A stretch of 63,889 nucleotides of DNA, filler included, from Octopus bimaculoides (Eukaryota): the NCBI RefSeq assembly GCF_001194135.2. It is 10 parts of 9 records of this genome, joined end to end, with 100 filler letters (N's around TTAATTAATTAA, not from the genome) between each part and the next. Parts side by side here need not be neighbours in the genome. Positions count along the whole stretch, not along the records: positions 40,787 to 48,913 come from NC_068982.1; positions 49,014 to 53,735 come from NC_069010.1; positions 53,836 to 56,054 come from NW_026335232.1; positions 56,155 to 62,038 come from NC_068988.1; 6 more parts are not named here. One strand, written 5' to 3'. The notes beneath the pieces are model-generated. The model did no database searches and was not told where the DNA came from. It was given only the letters and a program-made list of their open reading frames with translations. Of the stretch, positions 47,261-59,474 are shown piece after piece. A program made the position numbers and the translations under genes. Within the stretch, counting starts at the first letter, position 1. Every line of letters starts with the position of its first letter.

Positions 47261-48589
47261 CTTTTGTCGGGTGTGCATGGGGATGACTGAATCGAAGTTT
47301 TTTGGTGATTACCCCAATTTTCTCTCTTCTCTTGGTGCTCTGATGAATTAACATTCTCCTGTCTACAGCTCTCCGTCAGTTGACGAGATGTGGGAAGGCG
47401 GAGATAGATGCTGATGAAGATATGCGTATGTGCGTATGAGTCATTTTTATTAATGTTGCATCTTTTAGTGGGTGTAGCAGTGAGCGAATCCTGCTTCATG
47501 TCTTCTTTCGAAAGTAACGTTGTCTTTCGCTGATTTGGTTGTGGTTTTATATTTTACTCTTCTTTCTGTCGCTACAGCTGTTGCCGTTGTTATAGATAGT
47601 TCTGCCTGTATAAGCTACAGAAACATCTCAAGCTCAACTTGAAAGTTCGTCTAGTTCTGAATATTTTGATTTTATTAATTTTCTCTGTATTTCCCACGCA
47701 GGATTTCTATGTGCTACGAAAAATATCTTACACTGTGAAATTTAGTGCATCCTTCCCCAGGTATTGTGGTAGGAGTTAATCATTACAACTGCATATTAAT
47801 AACATCCTAGCGTCTTCTTCACTGATGCTTAATGGTAGAGAGGAGCCGAAATTTTGTTTTGTTCATGTGTCATAATGCACCCGCAGATTCTTTTTTTTAT
47901 GCACGTTTTCACTTGTATCTGTTCATGTTCTTTGGTGCATTTATCGACAACTGGGGATCTCCTCTATCATTGAACTTCTTACTGTGGTGACAATAAATTA
48001 TCTGATGCGACGGTGCATTCCTTAAATTTCTTTAAAAATCTTTATTTTTCAACCGCAAGCTCACGTATGACGTTTGCAAGGGGCTGGTGTTTAATTTCGC
48101 CGACTGCGTGACAAAACGACTCTTTGCTTGGCGTCGTTGTTAACTGATATAGCTGTTTCACTATTTACATTTTTGAAGGTGGTAGTCTTCACAGAAGGAA
48201 TAATAGATGTGTTCAAGCTAATGTAAGCTACCTCGTTCTCATCTGATCATGCTGTTGCTTTGTTGTAGTTCGTTACTTCTTCATCATCACTGTTGTTTAT
48301 CGCTGCTAATTATAGTAGTGGTAGTGATAATACTACGCGTGTCACTGTTACTGTCGATTTTAGATTTTGCTACCATTTTTGTACTTGTTGCTGTCAAAAC
48401 GACTGTTGGTAGCGACTCTGGTGCTGCTGCTGCCGCGGCCATTTTATGTTCTGCATATTTGAGAAAATAGCGTTGCTTTTCAAAAAAATTAGCATGATTC
48501 CTCATATGTCTTCTCAAAATTCTCCACGTTATACTTTGTTTTGGTAAAATAAAAGGGTTCTATTTTTAAGAGATGAGGAATTATGTACA

Positions 48590-48745
48590 TTATTTACATT
48601 ATCTACATTCGACGGATATTTATACTCATCTTGTTTGTAGTTAATACAACGTTTCGGCTGATATGCCCTCCAGCCTTCTTCAGGTGTGTTGGGGGAAATT
48701 TCGAACCTGGGTTCTCATTCCTAAGGTATTCTTCGATGTTGTTGG

Positions 48746-48760
<15 letters not shown>
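48590..48760 (-). mobile_element. Penelope-LTR-like repeat containing a minimal hammerhead
   Basis: Partial homolog at ~2365-2410; flanked by long (ATT)n to 48913. Confidence 0.6.
48643..48688 (-). ncRNA. Minimal type I hammerhead ribozyme motif
   Basis: CACAC-CUGAAGA-A-GGCUG-GAGGGCAUAU-CAGCC-GAAAC-GUU-GUAUU; perfect 5-bp stem II, palindromic stem III AACGUU. Confidence 0.7.
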
Positions 48761-48794
<34 letters not shown>

Positions 48795-48796
48795 AA

Positions 48797-48913
<117 letters not shown>

Positions 48914-49013
48914 NNNNNNNNNNNNNNNNNNNNNNNNNNNNNNNNNNNNNNNNNNNNTTAATTAATTAANNNNNNNNNNNNNNNNNNNNNNNNNNNNNNN
49001 NNNNNNNNNNNNN

Positions 49014-49335
49014 GACTGGCCTGTGTAGGATTTTCGAGCAAGATAGTTGCCAGTGCCCCTGGACTGGCTCTTGTGCAGGTGGCACAAATAAACACCATTT
49101 TGAGCGTGGCCATTGCCAGTACCGCCTAACTGGCCTTCGTGCGGGTGACACGTAAAAGCACCCACTACACTCCCTGAGTGGTTGGTGTTAGGAAGGGCAT
49201 CCAGCTGTAGAAACTCTGCCAAATCAGATTGGAGGCTGGTGTTGCCATCCGGTTTCACCAGTCCTCAGTCAAATCGTCCAACCCATGCTAGCATGGAAAG
49301 TGGACGTTAAACGATGATGATGATGATGATGATGA
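49014..49335 (+). mobile_element. RTE 3'UTR/tail
   Basis: Family match; (GAT)n tail. Confidence 0.85.
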
Positions 49336-49750
49336 TAGTACCTGCTTTTCCATTCTTGTATGAGACAGATGGAATTTCTTGAGGCAGATTTTCTACAGCC
49401 GGATGCCCCTCCTGTTTCAACCCTCACCTGTTTCCAAGCTATATACACAAATACATGTGTACATCATCATCATCATCGTCGTCATTTTAACATCCACTTT
49501 GCAATACGTGGATCAGAAGGAAATATTTGAAGCGGATTCACTACAGCCAGATGGATGCTCTTCTCGTCACCAACCCTCGCCTGGTTCCCAGTAAGGTAAT
49601 ATTTCTACATGACCAGACATGATTTTGCGGAATATTGCAAATGGAAGACCCTGCTTGTATGACAGGGACGCTCATTTACAACGATTGCACAATGTCAAGG
49701 AAAGAAGACAGCAAGATACATATATATGTAAAGAGTATATACATGTATAT

Positions 49751-50139
49751 GTTGTTGGCACTCCATCGCTTACGACGTCGAGGTTTCCAGTTGATCCAAT
49801 CAACTGAACAGCTTGCTCGTGAAATTAACGTGCAAGTGGCTGAGCACTCCACAGACACGTGTACCCTTAACGTAGTTCTCGGGGGATATTCAGCGTGACA
49901 CAGAGTGTGACAAGGCTGACCGTTTGAATTGCAGGCACAACAGAAACAGGAAGTAAGAGTGAGAGAAAGTTGTGGTGGAAAAGTACAGCAGGGTTCGGCA
50001 CCATCCCCTGCCGGAGCCTCGTGGAGCTTTTAGGTGTTTTTCGCTCAATAAACACTCACAACGCCCGGTCTGGGAATCGAAACTGCAATCCTATGACCGC
50101 GAGTCCGCTGCCCTAACCACTGGGCCATTGCGCCTCCAC
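49751..50139 (-). mobile_element. Full-length tRNA SINE with 10-bp TSD
   Basis: TSD ACATGTATAT at 49741-49750 and 50140-50149. Confidence 0.92.
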
Positions 50140-50244
50140 ACATGTATATACATATATATGTATATACAGAATTTGAACTCAGAACATAAAGATGGACAAA
50201 ACGCTAATAAGAGTTTTGTCTGGTGTGCTAGACATGATTTTGCT

Positions 50245-50682
50245 TGAAATTTGATGGGGTAGGGACCAGCCAATTAGATCAGGGGTTTTCAAACATTTTG
50301 ACTTGCGGACCCCTTTATATTTCAGGCTTTACCTTAGGGACCCCCTTATAAACGCTTATGAAATTTATACATAAATATTTGTTTATTTAACAAATAGGTT
50401 TACTGTCAATTAAAAGATTTCGATTAAAAACCATACATAAAATCAAATTGCCCATAAAAAGTATTTGCTGTCCACGGACCCACTGTCTTGTCCTTGCGGA
50501 CCACAGTTTGAAAACCACTGAATTAGATCGATCCCAGTGTGTTACTGGTACTTAATTTATCAACCCAGAAAGGATGAAAGTCAAAGTCGACCTCGGCAGA
50601 ATTTGAACTCTGAACATAAAGATGGATGAAATGCCGCCAAGTGTTTTGGCCGGCATGCTAACGATTCTGCAAGCTTGCTGGC
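50245..50682 (-). mobile_element. MetaSINE-like element split by a hAT MITE
   Basis: SINE sequence is continuous across the AATTAGAT duplication. Confidence 0.75.
50280..50520. mobile_element. hAT (Charlie-like) MITE, 241 bp
   Basis: TIR CAGGGGTTTTCAAAC / GTTTGAAAACCACTG; perfect 8-bp TSD AATTAGAT. Confidence 0.93.
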
Positions 50683-50853
50683 TTATTATTATTATTATTA
50701 GTAGTAGTAGTAGTAGTAGTAGTAGTAATAATAATCCTTTCTACTAAAGTCACAAGGCCTGAAATTTTGGGGGGAGGGGACCTGCCATTGCACAAACCTG
50801 CATTCATGAGGAGCGCAATTGTAAATTAGTATTTTGATGGACGATTTAACTAT

Positions 50854-51400
50854 CAAATTACTCCAGTCTGTCCAGCTGCAACTAGAGACCACAAAATAGC
50901 AAAAGAATGACGTGTCCATAGCCAGAAGATTTTGCTATCAAATGACCCCAGTCAGTCTAGCTGTAATTAGAAACCACATGATATGAACAAAACCTGTGTG
51001 TGTGTATTCCAGAGTGTTAACTAGCAAATGACCCAAGTTGGCCAAGTTGTATGAAGGGTTGACAAGATAGGAACAGATCCTTCGTCTGTAGCACAACGAC
51101 TCGACAAATAACCCCAGTCTGCCTAGCTGTAAATAGGGACCACAAAATAGCAAAAGAACATGTCTATAGCCAGGAGATCTTGCAATCAAATGATCCCAGT
51201 CTACCTAGATGAATAGGGGCCACAAGATATGAACACAACTTGTGTCTGTGGCCCAGAGAGTTAACTAACAAGTGATCCCAGTTAGCCTAGTTGTAAAAAG
51301 GGTCTTCAAAGTAAGGAACAGAATAGAACTTTTCTGTGGCCCAGAGATTTAACTATCAAATGGCCACAGTTTATGTACCTGTAAATAGGAATCACTAGAG
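50854..51400. repeat. Minisatellite of 80-88-bp monomers with ~250-bp trimeric higher-order period
   Basis: Monomer starts at 50854, 50939, 51025, 51105, 51187, 51269 and 51357. Confidence 0.85.
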
Positions 51401-51419
51401 AAGAAAGGAAGAAATTTTA

Positions 51420-51634
51420 TGATGGGTGCTGAAAAGTTCCTGGCTTTAAGGGGATTGTGAATGGCCTGGCTGGAGGCCAAACCTTTCGAATTCTTTTACA
51501 GGGCTTAGAAAAACTGAAGGACCGCTGCAATACGTGAGTGAATCTGAGAGGGGAATAAGCTGAATAAAATCAGAATTAACTGATTCTCCTGTATTTTCTT
51601 TTACCCAAAGCCAGGAACTTTTCGGCATCCGTCA
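51420..51634 (+). mobile_element. mariner-derived non-autonomous element, 215 bp
   Basis: 28-bp TIRs TGATGGGTGCTGAAAAGTTCCTGGCTTT with 3 mismatches, TA TSD, internal GLEKLKDRC..VNLRG remnant. Confidence 0.88.
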
Positions 51635-51869
51635 TATGTGCATGAGCAGGTGACAACATTCAAACAAACCCCAGTCTAGCTTGCTAGGTGCTGGGTAAAA
51701 GGTACCACAAGGTAATAACAACTCAGTGGTACTATGGGGGCATACATTGTTGTACCAATTTACATCCAAGTGGACTGAGCCTAAACATATTTTATCTTCG
51801 TTGCTTGGGTCAATCATCTGAAATGCAAAACAACCTGGAAATATAAATGTTATAGAAATGCTATCTTTT

Positions 51870-52085
51870 TCCTTTGACTTGTTGCTGCCATTAGACGGTG
51901 GCCATGCTGGAGCGCCGCCTTGAAGAATTTTAATTGAACAAATTGACACAAGTATTTATGTTTTAAGTCTGGTGTTTATTGTCTTGGTCGCTTTTGTTGA
52001 ATGGCTAAGTTGTACGGACATAAACACACCAACACCGGTTGTCAAGCAGTAGTGGGGGACAAACACAGACACCAACACACACACA
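51870..52085 (-). mobile_element. SINE 3' module
   Basis: Family match to 14958-15178. Confidence 0.7.
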
Positions 52086-52364
52086 TAAATATGTGTATAG
52101 TATAGGACAATGAGTAAGTTGTCATAATGCTGGAACTAAAAGCTTTGGGGAATTTTCATTGGCTGTTTTTGATGATATATATGTGTGTGTATATATATAT
52201 ATATATATAGATAGATAGAATAGATAGATAAATTCTTCTATTTACATAATATCTAGGTCTCGTTCTTTTGTTGTCATTTTATTATTATTAATTAATATAT
52301 GTACATATATATATTAAATAAAAGGAGACAACAAAACCAAGAATAAAAGAATAAAACGATGTAT

Positions 52365-52565
52365 ATATCTGTGTCTGTGTGTCCTCCCATTACCGTTTGA
52401 CAACGGGTGTTGGTCTGTTTACATCCCTGTTTGGCAAAAGAGAGTGTTAGAATGAGTGAATGAGTACCAGGCTCACAAAGGATAAGTCCTGGGGTGGATT
52501 TGTTTGACTAAAGGCGGTGCTCCAGCGTGGCCGCAGCCAAATGATTGAAACGAGTAAAAGAATAA
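52365..52565 (+). mobile_element. SINE 3' module
   Basis: Family match to 14958-15178. Confidence 0.7.
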
Positions 52566-53231
52566 ACGAAGAAAGACGAGAAGAGAGAGAAAGTCGGGGG
52601 GGGGGGAGAGGGGACGGAGGAAGAGAGAAAGACGGGGAAGAATCGAGAGGGGACGGAGGGAGAGAGAAAGACGGAGGAGAAGAGAGAGAAAGACGGGGGA
52701 GGGAGAAAGAGAGAGAGAGACACACACACACACACACACAACGGAGGCAGATAAACAGATAAAGTTCCTTCAATTTGATGCACCAAATACACACATATAT
52801 ATGTGTGTACATGAAAAGAAATTGGCGAAAACCGTAAGATTTTCTCATGATTAACATTCAAGTATAAATACATATTTATATACATATTAAATAAGGCAAA
52901 CTTTCTCGAATTACATCGACTCAAAGGATTAGAAGGGAAAAGGTACAGCGTAACAAGTCTCACCAAGCAACACCATACGTTTTCCCCCCTCTGAATTCCA
53001 TGAGCCTACGTAACCCGAGTAGGTTTGCTCTATTAATATATAAATATATATTTATATTCACAAGCAGGGGCTGTGAATATTTCATTGAATTCATGGTAAA
53101 TTTATGGGGTTATCTTTGAAAAAGTTTAACCCCAAAAACCCCCTGAAAGCGTGGCTTGTGTTTGTGTGTCTATTAAATGAAGGTCGGTCGTCTGCTAATC
53201 GTTGGAAAAGTGAAGGGTACTGGAAATACGA

Positions 53232-53670
53232 AGATTACTTAATCCACTCTTTATATTCTCTCATTCTTTTATTTGTTTCGGTCGTTTGACTGTGTCCATG
53301 CTGGAGCACCGCCTTTAGTCGACCTAGTACTTGTTCTATCGGTCTCTCTTTTGGCCGAACCGCTAAGTTACGGGGGACGTAAACACACCAGCATCGATTG
53401 CCAAGCGATGTTGGGGGACAAACACAGACACGCACATATATACGACGATGATTACTTAATCCACTTTATATTCTTTTATTTGTTTCGGTCGTTTGACTGC
53501 GGCCATGCTGTAGCACCGCCTTTTAGTCGAGCAAATCGACCCCCCACCCCAGGACTTATTCTTTGTAAGCCCTATATTTATACCATCGGTCTCTTTTGCC
53601 GAACTGATAAGTTACGGGGGAGTAAACATCCCCCCACCAGTTGGGGGGACAAACACACACCACATACATA
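53232..53670 (-). mobile_element. Tandem pair of SINE 3' modules sharing the same flank
   Basis: Both are preceded by GATTACTTAATCCACT..TTATATTCT and share the variant ATTTGTTTCGGTCGTTTGACTG. Confidence 0.75.
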
Positions 53671-54101
53671 TATATGTTATTATTGTTTATAGTGTTTTAT
53701 ATAAGATTTTATCTTAAACATGCCCATAACGAACGNNNNNNNNNNNNNNNNNNNNNNNNNNNNNNNNNNNNNNNNNNNNTTAATTAATTAANNNNNNNNN
53801 NNNNNNNNNNNNNNNNNNNNNNNNNNNNNNNNNNNACCATTGTATCCATATTTTTATTATTATTTTAATATCAATTATTTTTGTCTATTTTATTTTAATT
53901 TTTATTTCTATCATTACCATTCCTATCACCATTACTACCATTATTACCACTACTAATACTATTATTTTTGTTCTTATTTCTATTTTATATAGTTTTAGGA
54001 AGGTGGAGGAAAATTTATGATTGCAAAAAGGGATTACCTCGATAAACTTATTCAAGGTTTTCGGCCCAAAAGACCTAAGAATGGAAAGGGATTCCCTAAT
54101 G

Positions 54102-54133
<32 letters not shown>

Positions 54134-54219
54134 TATCTACATGCACGCACACACATATATCTACATGCACGCACACACATATATTTACATGCACGCACAC
54201 ACATACACGAAGAATTAGT

Positions 54220-54418
54220 CCCAACGCATGTTATCTGGTTTCGTTTTGTATTTTTTTTTATGTTCGTTCTTCCGTTATTTGTTCGTATTAATCCTTTCTG
54301 TCGAAGAACGTAGGCTCGAAACGTCAAAGAATTTTCCATCTTTCCGGAACGTTAAAGCTATACACCTGCTTATTGATCCTTCATCTGTGTTCGTCTTTTG
54401 TCTTCTCTAATTTTGAAC

Positions 54419-54420
<2 letters not shown>
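54220..54420 (+). repeat. Penelope-LTR-like repeat with degenerate hammerhead
   Basis: CTTT-CTGTCGA-A-GAA-CGTAGG-CTC-GAAACGTC-AAAG at 54294-54329. Confidence 0.5.
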
Positions 54421-54455
<35 letters not shown>

Positions 54456-55524
54456 ATATATATACATACATATATATATATNNNNNNNNNNNNNNNNNNN
54501 NNNNNNNNNNNNNNNNNNNNNNNNNNNNNNNNNNNNNNNNNNNNNNNNNNNNNNNNNNNNNNNNNNNNNNNNNNNNNNNNNNNNNNNNNNNNNNNNNNNN
54601 NNNNNNNNNNNNNNNNNNNNNNNNNNNNNNNNNNNNNNNNNNNNNNNNNNNNNNNNNNNNNNNNNNNNNNNNNNNNNNNNNNNNNNNNNNNNNNNNNNNN
54701 NNNNNNNNNNNNNNNNNNNNNNNNNNNNNNNNNNNNNNNNNNNNNNNNNNNNNNNNNNNNNNNNNNNNNNNNNNNNNNNNNNNNNNNNNNNNNNNNNNNN
54801 NNNNNNNNNNNNNNNNNNNNNNNNNNNNNNNNNNNNNNNNNNNNNNNNNNNNNNNNNNNNNNNNNNNNNNNNNNNNNNNNNNNNNNNNNNNNNNNNNNNN
54901 NNNNNNNNNNNNNNNNNNNNNNNNNNNNNNNNNNNNNNNNNNNNNNNNNNNNNNNNNNNNNNNNNNNNNNNNNNNNNNNNNNNNNNNNNNNNNNNNNNNN
55001 NNNNNNNNNNNNNNNNNNNNNNNNNNNNNNNNNNNNNNNNNNNNNNNNNNNNNNNNNNNNNNNNNNNNNNNNNNNNNNNNNNNNNNNNNNNNNNNNNNNN
55101 NNNNNNNNNNNNNNNNNNNNNNNNNNNNNNNNNNNNNNNNNNNNNNNNNNNNNNNNNNNNNNNNNNNNNNNNNNNNNNNNNNNNNNNNNNNNNNNNNNNN
55201 NNNNNNNNNNNNNNNNNNNNNNNNNNNNNNNNNNNNNNNNNNNNNNNNNNNNNNNNNNNNNNNNNNNNNNNNNNNNNNNNNNNNNNNNNNNNNNNNNNNN
55301 NNNNNNNNNNNNNNNNNNNNNNNNNNNNNNNNNNNNNNNNNNNNNNNNNNNNNNNNGTTTACTTCCTGTTCTTTCGCCTTTTTTTATAATTTCTAATTTC
55401 CTTATTTAATCAACATTTGGATTGTTGCGACGTTGTTGTTGTTGTTGTTGTCTTGGTTGGTTCTACACCACCCCCACCGACACCCCCACCGAAATATCGT
55501 CAGTTGCTTCTTCACGACGCTCTC

Positions 55525-55795
55525 TCATCATCATCATCATCGTCATCATCATAACCATCATCATCATCATCACCATCATCGTAATCGTCATCATCGTCAT
55601 CGTCGTTGTCATCATCATCATCATCACCACCGTCGTCATCATCGTCATCGTCATCATCATCATCATCATCACCCTCTTCGGCATCGCCAACCATCAAAAT
55701 CGTCAAAATTAACACCACCACTACCACCACCACCACCATCATCAACAACTGTACCCCACCCCACAACAACAACAACAACAACATCAACAACCCCT
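55525..55795. repeat. (CAT/CGT)n, (CAC)n and (CAA)n trinucleotide block
   Basis: Directly visible. Confidence 0.95.
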
Positions 55796-55900
55796 CCTCC
55801 ACCCCACATATTGCAATATTTTAATCGCTTCTCATAATTCAACTTCCGGTAAGAATTTTCTTCAAACGTTAAAACCCTACCACACACCTACACATGTTTT

Positions 55901-55939
<39 letters not shown>

Positions 55940-56154
55940 GCACACACATCTACACACACAGGCACACACACACACATAGGCACACACACACACATAGGCA
56001 CACACACACACACACGGATACTGCTGCAGACCTACGTGCATACACACACACACANNNNNNNNNNNNNNNNNNNNNNNNNNNNNNNNNNNNNNNNNNNNTT
56101 AATTAATTAANNNNNNNNNNNNNNNNNNNNNNNNNNNNNNNNNNNNNNNNNNNN

Positions 56155-56192
<38 letters not shown>

Positions 56193-57213
56193 TTGTATGT
56201 GTGTGTGTGTGTGTGTGTGTGCGTGTCAGTATACATGTATGTACGTATATGTCAGTATACATATATGTACGTATATGTATTTTCATTAAAAATACATGTG
56301 TATGTGTTTAAGAGAGAAACATAGGGAGAGAGACAGAAAGTCAGACAGAGAGATAGAGAAAAGAGAAAGAAACTTCTCTATGTTAATGTGTGAGTATATG
56401 TTGTTTATGTCCGTACGCTTCAGTGTATTTAAAATACAGATCTGATTTTATGAACAGATGCATATGTCTGTTTGTTTACATAGGTACTAGTTCTATTAAA
56501 GCTAAAACACATAAAGTCTAAGCACAAATTTTTCAATGGCCTTACGAAGAAATGAACAAAAACAAAATTTGAGCAACCACATATATTGTGCAACATATGC
56601 TCACTCAGCATGTACTGCTTTTCACTCTACATTAGATTTACATAATATTCTATTAAGTATCAGGGAAGCGTACACTTCACGATTGAATAAGACAGAGAAT
56701 TAAAGAAAATACATATTAAATTTGAATAGAAAAAAACAGTCTAATGAACAGTTGTTTTATTTGAAGGTATTTGGGCAGTAATTTGCAACGACTAATTCAA
56801 TATTATTTCGAAAGAACTTATGTTTGCCATCGCCAGGAAAATAATGTGTGTAATTTTATTTTGTGTAAACAACTGAGGAACTCGTGTGGATTTGATTGTT
56901 TTATGAAGATGTTTTTCAGTCTCTCTCTAACGTACATCTGGCTAGAATATACTTCAGCAAAAACATTGGAAACACCATGTGTTTATAACGGATAAACATC
57001 ATGATGAATTAGTAATTAAAGGAAAAAATATTGTAGAAATCATCTGCATCAGCTAATTTAGCATAGAAATAAAATGAAATAAATTGATAAAAGAATAAAG
57101 TATGATTTCTCAGTCGATTTCCAGGAGAACAAAATTATTTACCAGTACTTGACATAACACAGTCAAAGATGATGTATGTTTATTTGTGACATGAGAGATT
57201 TCCCTAGATTGTA

Positions 57214-57297
<84 letters not shown>

Positions 57298-59363
57298 CTT
57301 CCATCCATCCATCTATAATTACATACTTATGACGTTGTCTGAGTACACTGTTGTTAAATGGTATCGTATCTTTCATATATTTTATCTTTTACTCGTTCCA
57401 GTCACTGGTCTGCGGCGATGTTGAACCACAGTTTTAAAGGGTAATATTAATCAAATCGTATCCAGTTCTTATTGCTAAATTTAACATCTTTACGTTTCCT
57501 AATTCCACCCTATCCTCACTAAATCTACTTAATCCCAGTTCTTCTATCTCTATAGCCTCTGTAACCCACAACTATTAGTTTTAGACCTGGCCAGTTTATC
57601 CAAGCGATGCGCTTACCCATCCTTTCCTTCACTCTGACCTTCTCCTACTCGTTCCTTTATTTCATCTATTATATCCTGGCTTATAACCCAACATATTGCA
57701 TCGTCTTTCTCCTCCTATAACAACCGCCACTTTGCGCTTGCAACAGATTATCTTTTGCCTCTTCCACCACCTAAAATTTGACCCCGCAATCTGATTATAC
57801 ACATTTGAAAGAACCATGGAAAGGCCAGATTTTTATACAGCTTGGGTCATTATACCATTGAAAAATCTTGTAGCTGAGAACCAACTTGCATAGTTTGTAG
57901 GTAACCATAGGTCCATTGCTTGCCTAAACATTGTATGCGGATAATGAATTCAAGTTCGTAAGAAATTCGACGACGAGGTAGATTCGTTGACGCTGCATCG
58001 AAGAAACCAAACAACAAAAGGAAAACGGAGAAAGAAGAAACGCACTCAACACCAGAGCTGAAGACATCTCCGAAAGGAGGGGGGCACCACGTCGAAAACG
58101 GTAGAGGAGTAGGGGTCGAAACCGGACGTGGCTCCTCCTGATGATGTCTTTATCAACTGGATCCTATAACGGAGCTGCTGTGGTAGCGAACCACGAAACG
58201 TGGAAATGATTTAGTCAGTAAATACTTAAGTAACAATTGTGTAAAGCAAGAATTTTCTAAAAAGAAATCAATCATTTAACATGCGCCTAATAATTACCAT
58301 GTGTGAATCTAACAAATATACATCACTCCCTCTGCAGTGTTAAACCTTTATTAGAGAACAGCTGCTTCCTTAGAGGAAGACTTCAAATGTTTTAAAATGA
58401 TGGAGAGCATAAACGTATAGATACATTTATACTCGCATGCATACACATAGTTAACGTATTAATAGCAAAGCAACGGGCGGCTAATCAATCATTCTTTTTT
58501 CAAGTGTGTTTGAGTTAATATTTAAGTATATCACAGTTCAAAAAAAAATCATAGTTGTACAATATATATCAACGCATATTTATAATTACACCCTCAATAA
58601 ACTAAAGCCACAAAATTGCAAAATGACATCTACAAAAAATTCGATAGAGAAATACAATGTACGTGTCACAAAACGTAAACCTATTATATCAAATCATACA
58701 CTAACCTCATTAATGCATAATGTATAAAACAAAACCACAAACACACGGGAAGGTAGTGTTGCTTTCTATAATTAATGTAGCGTGGGTCTTAGCCAACAAA
58801 ATTTTCATCGACGCATTGGTAAAATTATCGCAGTTTTTGCAGGGTTCGAATTAATGCAGATGGCTGTCTATGCACAAACCAGGGAATGAGTTTGTAGTGG
58901 TTTGCAGTGTTGTCGATTGTATTGTAGGGGCAAGTAGAATTGCATGGTTAATAAGTTTTTAAACATATTGTTTCCGTTTAAGACCTATTATTCCATACTA
59001 TAAGGACATGTCTTCAGTCATATTTTCGTTATAACCAACTTATGTTTGCATTTTCTACGTGGGACAAGGCATAATTTATCAGTGCACCGTCTGGACCTCT
59101 GTTCCAAGTATTTAGACAATGTCTCCCATCTTAAGAAACCTTATTCCTTCTTTAATTTCATTCTTAGTGTTCCTAAAAAGCATTAGTGATACGATTTGCC
59201 ATTTCATTATTTAATCTTGTCTCCATCATAAAATTTGAGAGACCAGGAAAGAGGAAAATAGATCTGTTACCATGTCAGACGGTAAAGATTATTTTTAAGA
59301 TGCAACTCACGGAGACTTGGTTTTATCTAACAAGCTATTTTCAGTTTCATTATTCTTCTTTTT

Positions 59364-59474
59364 TTCTTCTTCTTCTTCTTCTTCTTCTTCTTCTTCTTCT
59401 TCTTCTTCTTCTTCTTCTTCTTCTTCTTCTTCTTCTTCTTCTTCTTCTTCTTCTTCTTCTTCTTCTTCTTCTTC
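59364..59474. repeat. Pure (TTC)n microsatellite
   Basis: Directly visible. Confidence 0.97.

Noticed and set aside
47350-48260. Possible additional Penelope or other retroelement relic on the minus strand
   Set aside because: Too degenerate; no diagnostic motif could be read with confidence
50854-51400. Ankyrin-like reading QMTPVCLAVNRDHKI in the minisatellite
   Set aside because: Monomers are 80-88 nt, not in a constant frame, and contain stops
55422-55887. His-, Asp-, Met- or Ile-rich ORFs
   Set aside because: All frames reflect the (CAT)n/(CAC)n microsatellite
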